A stretch of DNA of 63,981 bases, counting the filler, from Chrysochromulina tobinii (lineage: Eukaryota), in the NCBI GenBank assembly GCA_001275005.1. It is 11 parts of 11 records of this genome, joined end to end, with 100 filler letters (N's around TTAATTAATTAA, not from the genome) between each part and the next. Parts side by side here need not be neighbours in the genome. Positions count along the whole stretch, not along the records: positions 37,753 to 49,087 come from JWZX01000236.1; positions 49,188 to 56,058 come from JWZX01000237.1; 9 more parts are not named here. One strand, written 5' to 3'. The translations under genes were made by a program, and so were the position numbers. The notes beneath the pieces are model-generated. The model ran no database searches and had not been told where the DNA came from. It was given only the letters and a program-made list of their open reading frames with translations. Numbering within the stretch: position 1 is the stretch's first letter; each line of letters starts with the position of its first letter. Of the stretch, positions 43,727 through 56,058 are shown piece after piece.

Positions 43727-46700
43727 ATGACAGATGCTCTAGAGGCGACACCAATGGAGATTGCGGAAACCACCAGTCCAGCGGCGAACGGGACCGGTCG
43801 ACCCCCATCAACGAGCGATCCGATGGAAGGGTGCCCCGCACTCTCCGCGATTCCCGACGCTTCCGGCACATCTGTTGACTCGGCAGCCGAGCTACATGCG
43901 CAAGTGGCACAGCTGCCGGCGGCGGCGAGCAGCGGCACCGGATGCTGTGTGGGACTTCCGGACACGCACGTCGTCACCATTCAGCCCCTTACCCGAGCGA
44001 TTGCCAACGAAGAGCAGGTGTGCGTTTGCACTCGGGTCATGCAACTCAACACGGGGCTACGTACCAGCGATCATAGCCCCTGACCCCAATCTCCTGCACG
44101 CACCTGCTTCCTGCATGCTGACAGCGTACCCCTGTGTCGCGCGTCGCGCCCATGCTTGCTATCATCAGCGTCGCACGATCCTCATTCCCGTCGCCGCCGT
44201 CAGCGGGCTTGAATCGGTTGCACAGCAGGTGGCGTGCGCCACCACGTCATTGCAGCAGGCTTGGCTTTCGGCGGACACCTCATTGCTTGGCTACGGTACA
44301 GAGGAGCGCCAGATCGCGCCTGGGCCGGGTGGCACGCCAACCATCCAAGTCGACCCTATGACTCCGCCATCACCTCCCGAGGCCCGCCCCCGCCCCGTCG
44401 TGCTCGTGGCAGCAGCGAGTGTCACTGCCACCTCAAGTGCCACTGCCACCTCAGATGGGCGCGTGGATGGGCGCATGGGTCTCGCTGCTGCTGCTCCTGT
44501 TGTTTGCAGCTCGACGCCCGTGGGCAGCCAGCCTTTGGGCAATCGGCCATTGGTGCTGCCTTCCAACCCCAAGCGCGGTGCAAACGGCCCTCTTGCGCAG
44601 GAGCAGGCGGCGGCACTGGTCCAAGCGGCTGCCATAAGGGCTGCACAGGCGGCGAGCACTTCCTATGACCAGCCCCCCTCCAAGAGGCCTATGTACAAGG
44701 CCCGGGGGATGGCCCCACGCGGCCTGACGCAGAGCACTGGGCCCGTGTACGCCAGCTGTCGAGAGACTCGAGCCCGCGCGTCATCGACCCCGCTCTCGCT
44801 CCCCTCCTCTCTCAGAGGCATCCCCATTCGCCTGATGTGCATCGCGTGGTGCGCAACGCTCCCATCTTGCGCAGGTCGGCCGGCATGCTCAACATGCTCA
44901 AGCCTGTGCAGCCGATACCCGCTGCGATGGTCATCTCGGAGACGGTCGTGGTGAGCACTACCGATACCCGATCCGACACTCTGAACTCGGAGCCGGGCCC
45001 TATCGTCGCGGCCTTCGCCGACCCAGAGCACGACATGGACATTGTCTGCGTCACCGCGACCCCTGCTGCGCTCGAGGTCACCCGGGAGGGCCCCAACGAG
45101 CTGTGGGTGAAGCTCACCTTGACCGTGTGCCACGAAGTACGCAAGGCCCTCAGCATGGATTGCCTAATATGGATTGCCCCTCTTATCACCCCGAAGGGCC
45201 GTGTGAGTGTGTGCGCCCCGATCACCGGCCTCTCCTGAAGGCTGATGGCCGCCGCGTGCGTGCGCGCGTTGTGTGCCGCCGTGTGCCGCCGTGTGTCTGC
45301 CTCACAGGGACCCGACAACCAGCCGGTAGCCCTTGATATCCGAGACTGCGGCGCGTGCCTCTACTGCCTGGACAAGCCTCGATTCGGTGGCAAGGGAACC
45401 AAGCGGCAAAAGTGCGTCAACAAGAAGATGGCTCATGTGGGCCCTGTCAAGGCGTGGGCATCGCTGCGCGTGACGTCCACGCAGGAGCTCCAGATGGTCG
45501 AGGACTTCTCCAACCGTGAGCCGCCCACCGAGCTCACGGATGCAGTGGAGCTGAATGGGCCGCTACCGCTCGTATGGGCATTCCCACGGGCGCGCCGCGC
45601 GCGGCCGCTCCCGCCCGCCTACGTGCTCATGTACTACTGTGAGAAACGTGTGCCGCTTGACCGTCGCTACCTCTTCCGCTCACTCGAGTTCCGTGCCAAT
45701 CCGACCAAGCGCAGCCTGGACAAGGTCACCAACGACTCGATGCTCTCCAACGATGTACAAGGTCTCCAACGATGGCCAAGGTCACCAAAGTCCTCGATGC
45801 TCTCTCTCCCTTACGCAGAGGAGGCGGCTGCCCCCTCGAAGCTGCCGGCGCTGCCTTCGATGCCCGTGGGCTCGCCAGAAGCCAACGGCGCGTCACGTGC
45901 CGCGCCCACCGCGCCCGGCGCAACATCAGGACCGTCCCCGAGCCTGATCGAGATCAACACGGCCATGGCAGAGGCGAGCATGGCGGTCGGCAAGGCGAGG
46001 GCGGCAGCAGTTCTCCCTGGGGGCGCCTCTGCCGAGCCCGCGCGCAACGCCAATTCGAGCCGCGCGAAGCCGGTGCCGGTGGCGATGGACGGACTGTGCA
46101 TTGGCACGCCCCTCGTCACGCTGGCAATGACGGAGGCGATCCAGGCGAGCAATCAGAGCCTCCAAGCTAGACTTGCCGCGAGCCAGGGCAGGCCGCTACC
46201 CGCCAAGCCTAAGCCGCGCAAGCCACGCCCTCCGAGTACATGTACCAATGTACCCGAGGCAGCCAGCAAGGGGGAGGATGACAAGTCCAAGGGGGCCTCG
46301 AAGGGGGCCGAGCAGCAGCACAAGTTCATGTGGACGTTCGACGCGAACTGTGGCCGCTTGCCAACGTCGGAGGAGGTGCAGCAGCACCTCCGCTCGCTCG
46401 GCGGCGCGATGGGCGGCGCGATGGGCAGCGGCCAGATAGGCTGCGGCCAGATGGGCGGCCTGCCGGGCGGCGCCATGGGCGGCGCCATGGGCGGCCAGAC
46501 GGGCGGCGCCATGGGCGGCGCCATGGGCGGCGCCATGGGCGGCACGTATGGCACGCAGCACATGTGCATCCCGATCAACTGGCTCACGCCCCACGCGCTC
46601 AGTCACAGTGCGGCGCCCGCTGCCCCCGAGCATGAGAGCGGGGGGATGGTGGCCCCTTCATCCATTGGAGCGCAGTCCATGATGGCGATGATCGACGGCA

Positions 46701-49087
46701 GCCTGCTGCGCGCGGTGGTGCAGATGGAGGGGGGTGGCCATGCGTGCCTTCCGTTCACGCTTGCCACCGCGGCGCCGCACGGCCTCTGCTCCACCATCGT
46801 GCCCATCGAGCAGCTCGACAGCACAGGGCCACCCAAAGTGACCATCCCTGCGCCGGACGCAGCCAGTCATGACTTCATGTACACCCCATTCGAGCAGTAC
46901 ACATCGCCGCAGCTCACCACACGCGCGCCGCCGCCCGCCGACGTACCCGAGGGGGTCGCCCTGGAGCGTGGGGTCGAGCGGATCGCTTCGCTTTCGAGCG
47001 CACCGGCGCCTCGGAAGCCAGCGGAGGTCGCGTCGATGTCCACACGCGATGAGAAGGCCGTGAAGGCGGCGGTGTCGGCAGCAAAGGCGGCGACAAAGGC
47101 GGTCAAGCACCCGACGATCGGTAATGCTGCCAGGGCCGCCGCACTCATGGCTGCGAGCTCGAAGTTGGTCGCTGCAGCCAACATGCTCGTCACGTCAGCC
47201 GAAGCTTCGGATGCGCGTTCAGCAGCTGTGCGCCACCAAGGGCATCCCTTGCTTCTGCCCTGTAACGAAGACGGCCATCCTAACGGTGATCCGCCCACAG
47301 TGTCCACGAACGCGGCTGCCGCCGCGGGCGCAGCCGTCGCTGCCGCCGCCGCTGCCTCTTGCGAAGGTAACGCGGCGGAGGATGGCAAGGCGTCCAGCAA
47401 GCCAGCACACCCCACCTCGCAGGCGGCGAGAACAGCCAAGCTTCCGCATCTACCGTCGACGCCGGGCGCTGCCGCCGCTCGCGGCTCTGCGGCAGCCAAG
47501 CCTCGCCCATCGTCCAGGAAGGCCATTGCCGCCTTCCCGGGTGTGGGCCTCGAGCCGAGCCATAGCAGCACCTCGTCACAACCGCAGGCCAAGCCTCCGG
47601 GTTCGTCACAGCCGCAGGCCGAGCCTCCGGGTTCGTCACAGCCGCAGGCAAAGCCTCCGGGTTCGTCACAGCCGCAGGCAAAGCCTTCGGGTTCGTCACA
47701 GCCGCAGGCAAAGCCTTCGGGTTCGTCACAGCCGCAGGCAAAGCCTACGGGTTCGTCACAGCCGCAGGCCAAGCCTTCGGGTTCGTCACAGCCGCAGGCC
47801 AAGCCTTCGGGTTCGTCACAGCCGCAGGCCAAGCCTTCGGGTTCGCTCAAGCTCAAGTACCGGCACGCACCTCCGACGGCTGCACCTGCCTGCACTGCCT
47901 TGGTGGCATCAGCGGCGCCGACGCGGGCGGCCACGAGGGAGACTCAAGGTGCGACGGCAGCTGAGGCGCCTCCACCCAAGCGCCGGCGCACGTCACAGTC
48001 GGCCTTCTGCGGCCCGACGTGCAGGCGGTGTGGCATGCCATCGGCAGGCGTGCAGCTCCAGATGGGCATGTGCCCCGAATGTGCCCTCGAGTACGTGCTC
48101 GCGGGGATGCCGACCTCCGACCGCCAGATCGCCGCCGCACAAGCGGCCTCGAGCCAAGGGGCGGGGCGTTCGGAGGCGCGTGCGATCGCGGCCGCGGAGG
48201 CGCCGAGGCGTGCGGCCCGCGGCCGACGACTCGAGCCAGCCGCGTCAGCCGAGGACGAGCTCGAAGAAGGTGCCTTCGAGGGCTCGGCGGGCTCCTCAGG
48301 ACGAGAGGACGAGGAGGACGAGGAGGACGAGGGCGCCGATGAGGGCGGTGCTGTCGAGGACGGGTCTTGGTCGACCAGGAATGCGCGGGGCAGCGGGCAG
48401 CTCGGCCGTCGTCGTGGCCGTTACGGCAAGCGGCGCCCGACGTCGGAGGACGTGCTCGAGGCTGAGGCCCTCGGTCTGCATCGCTCGACGATCTGGAGAC
48501 GTAAGCAAAAGATGCTCCAGCTCGAGCGGCAGGCGCTGCAGGCGGCCTCTCGTCACTCCCTCGTGCAGCGCCGCCGCGGTGAGCGCCGCGGTGAGCACCG
48601 CGGCTCGAGCGGTGAGGCTCCCGACACGACGCGTGTGCCCGGCACGGCGCCCGCCGACGGCGAGAGCTCGAGCGGTGACGAAGCTGACGAAACTGGCAGC
48701 GAGAGCGCCGGAGGCGGCGGCGAGAGCGGCGCCGACGGCGCCGACGCTGGAGGCAGCGGCGAGAGCGGCAGAGACGCCGCCGACGCCGCCGAGAGTGAGT
48801 CGGGCAGCAGCAGCAGCGACGCGAAGGTGCTCACCGAGGAGGCCACTTTCGCGGCAGCGGCTGCCGCGGCCACGGCTCAGGGACGCGGGCGCGGGCGAGC
48901 ACGAGGGCGTGGGCGCGGACGTGGGCGCAGCCAGTCTGTGAGCCGTGGGCTGCCCGGCCGGCCACGCACGCATCTGCGCCCCGAGATCGAGCTTGAGGCC
49001 GAAGAGGACGTGACGCAGCAGGTGCGCGTGAGCGGCTCTGTCGGGGGTCTGCTGCACTTCCTGCACTGCGCCGTGTGCTTGCAGGTG
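43727..49087 (+). CDS. Large spliced low-complexity nuclear protein with a CXXC-type zinc-finger segment, 3'-partial; exon structure uncertain
   Basis: DCGACLYCLDKPRFGGKGTKRQKC at ~45344-45415, a CxxC...CPEC pair, RG repeats and an AT-hook-like GRPR. Confidence 0.65.
47573..47845 (+). repeat. 30-nt coding tandem repeat x9 (SSQPQAKPSG)
   Basis: TCGTCACAGCCGCAGGCCAAGCCTYCGGGT units read directly. Confidence 0.95.
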
Positions 49088-49786
49088 NNNNNNNNNNNNN
49101 NNNNNNNNNNNNNNNNNNNNNNNNNNNNNNNTTAATTAATTAANNNNNNNNNNNNNNNNNNNNNNNNNNNNNNNNNNNNNNNNNNNNCGCATCGATCCGG
49201 TCGCGGTGCAGGTCGACGTATGCCTTCTGGGCCTGCACGTCGCGTGCGGCGCGCATCCGTCGACGCGCGGGATCAGATTTTCGGAGCCTGTCTGCCTCAC
49301 CGGTCCGGACCTACAGCGTCCGGCACGGGGCCGCAGCCAACACTTGGTACCCCTCGCGCAGCCTCGCGTCGGGTCTCGCGAAGCCGCCGAAAATCTCAGC
49401 GCAATCTCCCTGAATCTCAGCGCAATCTCCCTGGCTGGCGCGGTGGTTTTTTCAGACGTGCTTCGTGAAACGCCAGGTGTCCCGAAGGCAGTTTGCACAA
49501 GCCTGCAAGCAAGCAAAGACTTGCATGCTTGCTTGCTTGCAAGGTCGAGCGCGCCGACCACGATGCAGAAAAGACCCTTCGCCGCCGGGGCTGCGCGGAC
49601 TTTGTGGGTGGGCAGTCCGCTTTTATTATTAGTTACTAAAACTTGTGCTAAAACTTGACTTGACTTGTTTTGTCTTGTTCGGCCAACGAGGAGAACCGGC
49701 GGCGGCCCGGCGATGGCGAAAGCCTCAATTGTTGAGTTTTACATGGGACGATTGTGCCAAAAAACCCTGAATTCCTCAGGGCATCT

Positions 49787-50056
49787 TTAAAGATGCCTCT
49801 TGATGAAGAGGTTGTAGGCATTTAGCGCCCGTGCCACCCGCACCGAATGCCGCTTGCTCGCGACGGGCAGTGCCTCGGGCGCCTTCAGCATCGATGCATG
49901 CACCTTAACGGTGAAGATGGCATGGCACTTCAGCGCCTGGCTGCACGCTACAGGCCAGCTGCCCTCCGCCAGCCGCACCTGGAGCGCGGCAGTGCACGAT
50001 GGGCAGTTGACCTGGAACCAGGAGGCGGGCGCCGTCGTGCCAAAGCCGCTCGGCAT
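49787..50056 (-). pseudogene. YABBY-like C2C2 zinc finger plus the start of an HMG/YABBY box, truncated
   Basis: FQVNCPSCTAALQVRL...VACSQALKCHAIFTV and KR...RALNAYNLFIKRHL*. Confidence 0.6.
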
Positions 50057-50248
50057 GGCCGCAGGACGACAGCACGGGCTGAACGGCAAAGTACATGTAC
50101 TTCCCCATGGGAAAAGTTACTGAAAAACCCTGAATCCCTCAGGGCGCCTTTAAGCGGCCGTGAACCAACGTGTGAAGAGACAGACCTTCGGGCAAAGGAT
50201 TTGTGTCTTGCCACGCCCTTCCTCTAGTTCTCAGAGGGCCCTCGGGCG

Positions 50249-53200
50249 ATGTCGCGGCCCGCAAAACGCGCCGCGTCCTCGACGCGTGATGGCCCAACGG
50301 CCAAGCGTCGGCCCACGCAGGAGGTGTTGCCCACTTCGCTGCACGGCCTGGAGCTCTTCATGGCGCCCGACTCTCAGACAGGCTACCGATGTGTGAGCCA
50401 CTCCAAGACGAGCAGCGCGCGCCCATTTGAGGTGCGCGTGAGCCACAACGGGCGCAAGGAGCACCTCGGCAGCTTCGAGACCGCCGCGGATGCGGCCTAC
50501 TGCTTCGCGTGCTACCGCTACGGCGTCCCTCACACCATGCCGTCGTCGGCCGCCGCGCCGTCGCCCACACGGCAGAGCTCCAAGCTGCCGCCGCCACTCG
50601 CAGCGGACGAGGCGCTGCGCCTCGCGCGCGCCGAGGGACTGAACCTACTGCGCGACCCATCGACCGTTTCGGGCTACCGGGGCGTCTCCTTCTCACCTGC
50701 CGACTCAAGCTCGCGCCCGTACCGAGTGCGGATCACGTGGCGCGGCCGCGAAGAGTTCATCGGCTCGTACCGGACGGTCGAGGAGGCTGCGTTGCGGTAC
50801 GCGCGGCGTATCCGGCAGCTGCAGCAGGACGGTATGGTGCCACCCAAGGCCACGGCCGCTCGCCTCGGTCTCGGCGTCGGCCGCGCCGCCGACCACGAGG
50901 GGGACGAGGGCGGCAAGGGAGGCGGCGAGGAGGGCGGCGAAGAGGGCGGCACAGCCCCGGGGGGCGCCGTCGTGGGCACATCGCAAGGGGCCGTCGAGGG
51001 GGGCGGCGCGAACAGCGAAGCGGGCGGCAGCAGCAGCAGCAGTGGCGACGGCAGCGGGCTGAGAGGCAGCGGCCGCAGCGGTCGCAGCGGCGGAACCGGC
51101 GGAAGCGGCGGAACCGGCACCGCCGCCGCCAGCGGCACCGCCGCCGCCAGCACGCGCAGCAAGCGCCCCTTGGCATCGTCCCTGGCGGTGGATGAGGAGG
51201 AAGGCATTCACGAGGAAGGGAGGGCAGTCGCGTCACTCCCCACCGCGTCAACCGACGAGGCGACTCTCATGCTCACGCGAGTGCAGTCCGCAGCACGGCG
51301 AGCGAGTGCAGCCAGCAGCGCGGTGAGAGCGGGTAGCGCGGGTAGCGGCGTCGGTGCCGGTACGGCGTATCCCTGCGAGCGCGGGCACCATGAACTCGAT
51401 CGCCCCTCTGGGAGGGAGCCCCTCGTGAAGCGCGCGCGATTGCGCCCTCGTCGAATGGTGCGCCCTCGTGCATGCAAGTGCTCATCACGACGCCCCACCC
51501 ACTTCCCCACAGGTCCCTCGTCGAATGGTGCGCCCTCGTCGCCCGCCGCCGGCGCTCTCGGATTGCTTTCTGACAGCGAGAGCGCCGACTTGAGCGCCTC
51601 GAGTGGCTCAGCGGAAGGCGCGGTGACCCCGGAGGGAGGCGCGGAGTACGCAGGCGACGAGAACACGGTGAGTGCCCCTGATTGCGTCCGATTGCGTCTG
51701 ATTGCGTCTGATTGTGTCTGATTGCGTCTGATGGCGTCTGATGGCGTCTGATTGTGTCTGATTGCGACGAGAACACAGTGCGTCACCCGTTGCCGCAGCC
51801 TCCTCCCTCACTCTCCTCGCCCTCTCCCTTGTTCTCGCCCCCTCCCTTCTCCCTCTCACCCCTCGCTCAACACTTCCACACCTCGTCCACCCCCTCCCTC
51901 TCCCCCTCCCCCTCCTCACCTTCTTCCACCCCCTCCCTCTCCCCTCCCCCTCCTCACCTCGTCCAAACCCACCCCTCCCCCCACCGCCCCTGCATGCGCG
52001 CAGTCGGAGCTCACAGCTCCTGAGGTCTTCCGTATCGCCGCTGCCGAAGGCCTCTCTCTCTTCGCCGCCCCGCACACGCAGACCGGCTATCGTGGCGTCT
52101 CGCGCTCGGGACGGCGCTTTGAGGCGCGTGTCTCGCGCGGCGGCGGCGGCAAGCACCATCTGGGCAACTTTGTCACCGCCGAGGCCGCCGCGCTGGCCGT
52201 GGCGCGTGACGACGCCCTCCATCGTCGCCTCAAGGCCGATGGCAGGGGGGCGCCGCCAGTGATACCGGTGGCGGCGGCGCCACCGGGCGGTGGAGGCGCT
52301 GCGGCCACGGCGGCCACGGCGGCGGCGGCGGGCAATGGTGGCAAGGTGTCGCCCGCCGCCGCCGCCTCGTCCTCCGCTCCACACGCCAGTGCCGCAAGCC
52401 CCCCTCCTAGCGTTGGGCGTGCCTCTGTGAATGCCTCTGTGAATGCCTCTGTGAATGCCTCGCTCGCCCGCGCCTCTGTCGCAAGCCCTCCTGGGATCCG
52501 CCGTACCTCCTCGTTCACCTCGTTGCTGAACGTCGGGGGCCCCTCGAGGTGTGAATGTGAATCACGCGGAGGAATCTCAGCTGGCGCGGCGGCCGTTGCA
52601 GGCGCTGGCGGCGGCGCCGGCGTGGGGGCGTCTTGCACCACGTCTTCGAGTGCACCCTTTGCGAGCGCATGCATCCGGCTGGGTAGCCGTTACCAGCTCG
52701 ACCCGGAGCAGATGCCGCCGTATGCGCCTCGCCTCGCGCTGCCGCCCCCCGCCCCGCCGCCTCTGTGCGACTGCGGCGCACCTAGTGTGTGGCTGAGGCG
52801 GCGCTGGCTCTGCGCGCGCCAGGGCCGCGGTGGCTGCGAGTTGCGTCTCTCGAGTGATGAGGAGCGACCGTGCCCCGATCGCGCCGACGTGCTATCTTCA
52901 CATTCACACCTTGAGCCGAGGCCATCCGCGGAGGGCCGTGGACCTCGTGAGGCGGACGCTTCACATTCACACCTTGGACCTCGTGAGGCGGACGCTTCAC
53001 ATTCACACCTTGGACCTCGTGAGCCGGACGCCGCCGATGCGTTCGTCACCGTCGCGCGCGGCACGGCCGCTCTGCTCACCGCGTGTGCCTACGGGCCTGT
53101 GAACGAGTGGGCGTTTGTCGGGCCCTCCTCGGCCGCGAACACGCACCGCGCACCGATGACGTTTGGGCTCGGTCTGTTCGCACGCGTGCCGCTGCGCGCG

Positions 53201-54928
53201 GGACAGGCTGTAGGGGAGTTCTCTGGACCACGACTCCCTCTCGGCTGGCTTCGTCACCCCTCGCTCGCCACACTCACCGTGCCGAGCTCGCAGACGTTTG
53301 TGGACGGGCTGTGGGAACACTCGTCCTTCAGTGGGCCGATTGCGCCTGCTATCTTCGCTGCGCCCTCGAGCGCCGCGCCGAACGCGCGCCGCGAGGTGTG
53401 GCCATCGCTCCGCCCGCAATGGACAGACCGCGTGCGCCAGCGGCTGTGGCTCGTTGCGACAGAGGACATCCCCGCCGGAGCGGAGATACGATTTGACGTG
53501 AACGGATGGCTACCCAAACTCTCCCCATCCGCGGTCGCCGTGGCGGGCGCCGTGGCACGCGCGGGCGTCGTGTCGGGCCTCACCGCTCGGGCCTCACCGC
53601 TCGAGCTCTCGCCCTCCGCGCCGCCGCCGCCGCCGCCGCCGCTGCTGCCGCTGCCGCTGCCGCTGCCGCCGCCGCTACCGCCGCTGCCGGCCGTGGCCGC
53701 GTCGCCGACCACGCCGCCTGCGGTGTCGTCCGAGGTGTCGCCCGCTGTCTCGCCTGCGCCACCGCCTTTGCCGCCACCTGTCTCGCCCGCTGCCCTCCCG
53801 CCGCCGACTGGCGCCGTAGCGGGCGCAAGTGCGGCGGTGCTCGCGGCTACAACTGTTCTGGCGGGGGGCTGGGTAGAGCTATGCTTCAGGGTGGTTGGGC
53901 AGGCGGATGTGGCAGATGCTGCGGTTGAGGAGACAAATGCGGCGGTTGAGGAGACAGATGCGGCGGTTGAGGAGACGGACATGGCGGTTGAGGAGACGGA
54001 CATGTCCCATGCGGACATGGCGGTCGAGGAGACAGAAATGGACCATGCGGATGCGATAGCAGACGGGGAGGTGGCGCAGGCCGCGCAGGTCGCGCAGGTC
54101 GCGCAGGCCGCGCAGGCCGCGAAGGCCGTGCAGAGCGCCCCTACTGCGGATCAGCAGCCATCGGAGGTGTTGAAGGACGAGGCGCATGCAATGGAGGACG
54201 ATGCGCCGGCGGCAGTGTCAATTCAAGAGGAGGCGCAGGCGGAGGAGGCGCCGGCGGAGGTGGAGGAGGACGAGGAGGAGGCGCCGGCTGAGGCAATGGC
54301 GGCGATGAAGGAGGAGGTGCAGGTGGAGGAGGACAACGCGCACAAGAAGAAAAAGGCTGCCGGCGATGGCCTTGAGAAGGAGGATGACGATGACAGCTCA
54401 GTGGCGAGTACCGCTGTAGACGATGATGGTGCTGGCCCTCGTTGGCGCCGGGTGCGCCGCCCCTGCCCGCCGCCCACCGCCGCCGAGCCATACGTGCACC
54501 GTCTGGCACAGCTGCAGTCGGTCGCGATGCTCGGCTCAGTCGAGGAGCAAGAGGCCCTCGCGCGCGCGGAGCTCGACGATGAAGCACAGAGCATCGCGAG
54601 TGGCAGCATGATGCGGCTCCAGTGGGAGACTCCCCTTGACGGCGGCGACGTGCGGCTGCGCACCCTTGTGCCCATGCTGTTGGCCGACACAGCGACCCCG
54701 GCGAGCAGCGCATCGGTCGGAGGCTCGAGCACCGGCAGCATGAGCTCCTTTAAGGCCGCATCGTGGGCGATGCTCGCGACGCACCTGCCTGGCCGGTCAG
54801 GGCGCGAGTGCCGCGAGCGCTGGGCGCTGTTGGCACCGCCGCATCCCCCGGCCCCGCCCCGCCGCTCCCCTGTGCAATTGGATGCGTTGGACGGAATTCA
54901 CTGCCGCACACGGCATGATGAGCTATAG
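50249..54928 (+). CDS. Multidomain chromatin/transcription protein: 3x AP2-like, ELM2-like, GRF-type zinc finger-like, SET-like, Myb/SANT; intron 51668-52003, possibly others
   Basis: GYRGV...HLGSF.TA..AA-type repeats x3; IRLGSRYQ; PLCDCG...WLC...GC; GLGLFARVPLRAGQAVGEFSG...PNA...LVATEDIPAGAEIRFD; WAMLATHLPGRSGRECRERW. Confidence 0.8.
51678..51765 (+). repeat. Intronic decamer repeat (CTGATTGCGT)n
   Basis: About 9 degenerate units follow the GTGAGT donor at 51668. Confidence 0.9.
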
Positions 54929-55198
54929 TGATTCACTGTAGTGCGGGTGGGCGATGAATTGCCCGAATGGCAAAAGCAAAACGAAACCAAAAGCTACCGG
55001 GCACGGCCCCATGCAACGCACGACAGGGGATCGGTACTTACACCCCTTTAAGTTTAACGGCTGTCTAACCTGTATCTCTTCATCATTCGATTCTAATCTT
55101 GCACCTCCAAACGTACTACAATATCCTGGATAGTGGTCGCTTGTCTCATGTTTGTACTCCTACCTATCGTATCTTGGCTCTTAGGACCTCGCGCGTAG

Positions 55199-56058
55199 TT
55201 AGCGTGTGTTCGGCTTTTCCCCCTTGCCCGGCAGTGACGACGAGGGCGCGCAGTACTTAGGACTCCAGGCGCACTCGGCTGTGTGCGCGTGGTGGCGGCC
55301 CGGGCCCGCTGCCGCACCAAAGGTCAAGGCATCGATGCGAACCTGCAGCTCCGCTATGTGCTCTGAGGCCACCTTGGCGCTGGGACCCTTGCTCGCCCAG
55401 CGCTCGGGCTGCTCGAGGTGATGCTCGCTCATGTTGCGCCACCTGCGTAGCGTGTGCAAGCGCGTGTGCACCTCCTCGGGCAGCCCACACGCCTCGCGCC
55501 AGTAATTAATGCGCTCGTCAAAGTCCTCCGGCGTCTGGGCCTCGGCGTGCTTGTACATGGTCGCGAGCCGCCGCATGCATGTATTGAACGCGTCGGTGAC
55601 GTTGCGCTGCACGGAGCGCTCTGGACCGTCCTCGGCGCGCATCCTGCGCACCTGAAGCGAGAGAGGGCTCGCCTCATATGTCGTCGATGCCGATGCGCCC
55701 GATTCTCCCGTCGTGACACTTGATGCGGAGTTCGCCTGAGGCTCTTGATGCATTGGTACGCTGGTGGGATGAGCCTCGAGGATCGCGCTGAGCGTCTGCA
55801 GCACGTCGGGTAGCCGGAGACGCTTACGCGCGCGGACCATGCACAGCCCCTTATGCAGTTCCTTGAGAGCGCGTGCGACCTCGATTGGCCAATTAGCAGA
55901 CGACTCCGCAAGCTGTTCGGCGGGGATGTCGTCCATTTCGGCGTCGTGCTCCTCCTCGATCACGTCCACTATGCGGACGGGGTCGCGGCGCGTGAGCACC
56001 ACGAGCAGCGTCACGCCCACCGCGAAGCCGTCGGTCAGCTCCGAGTACTCCCCGTTGA
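55199..56058 (-). CDS. C-terminal part of a Pelle/IRAK/RLK-like protein kinase, 5'-partial
   Basis: GEYSELTDGFAVGVTLLVVLT (subdomain IX), then W...VA..L.....GLC....KR (subdomain XI). Confidence 0.7.
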
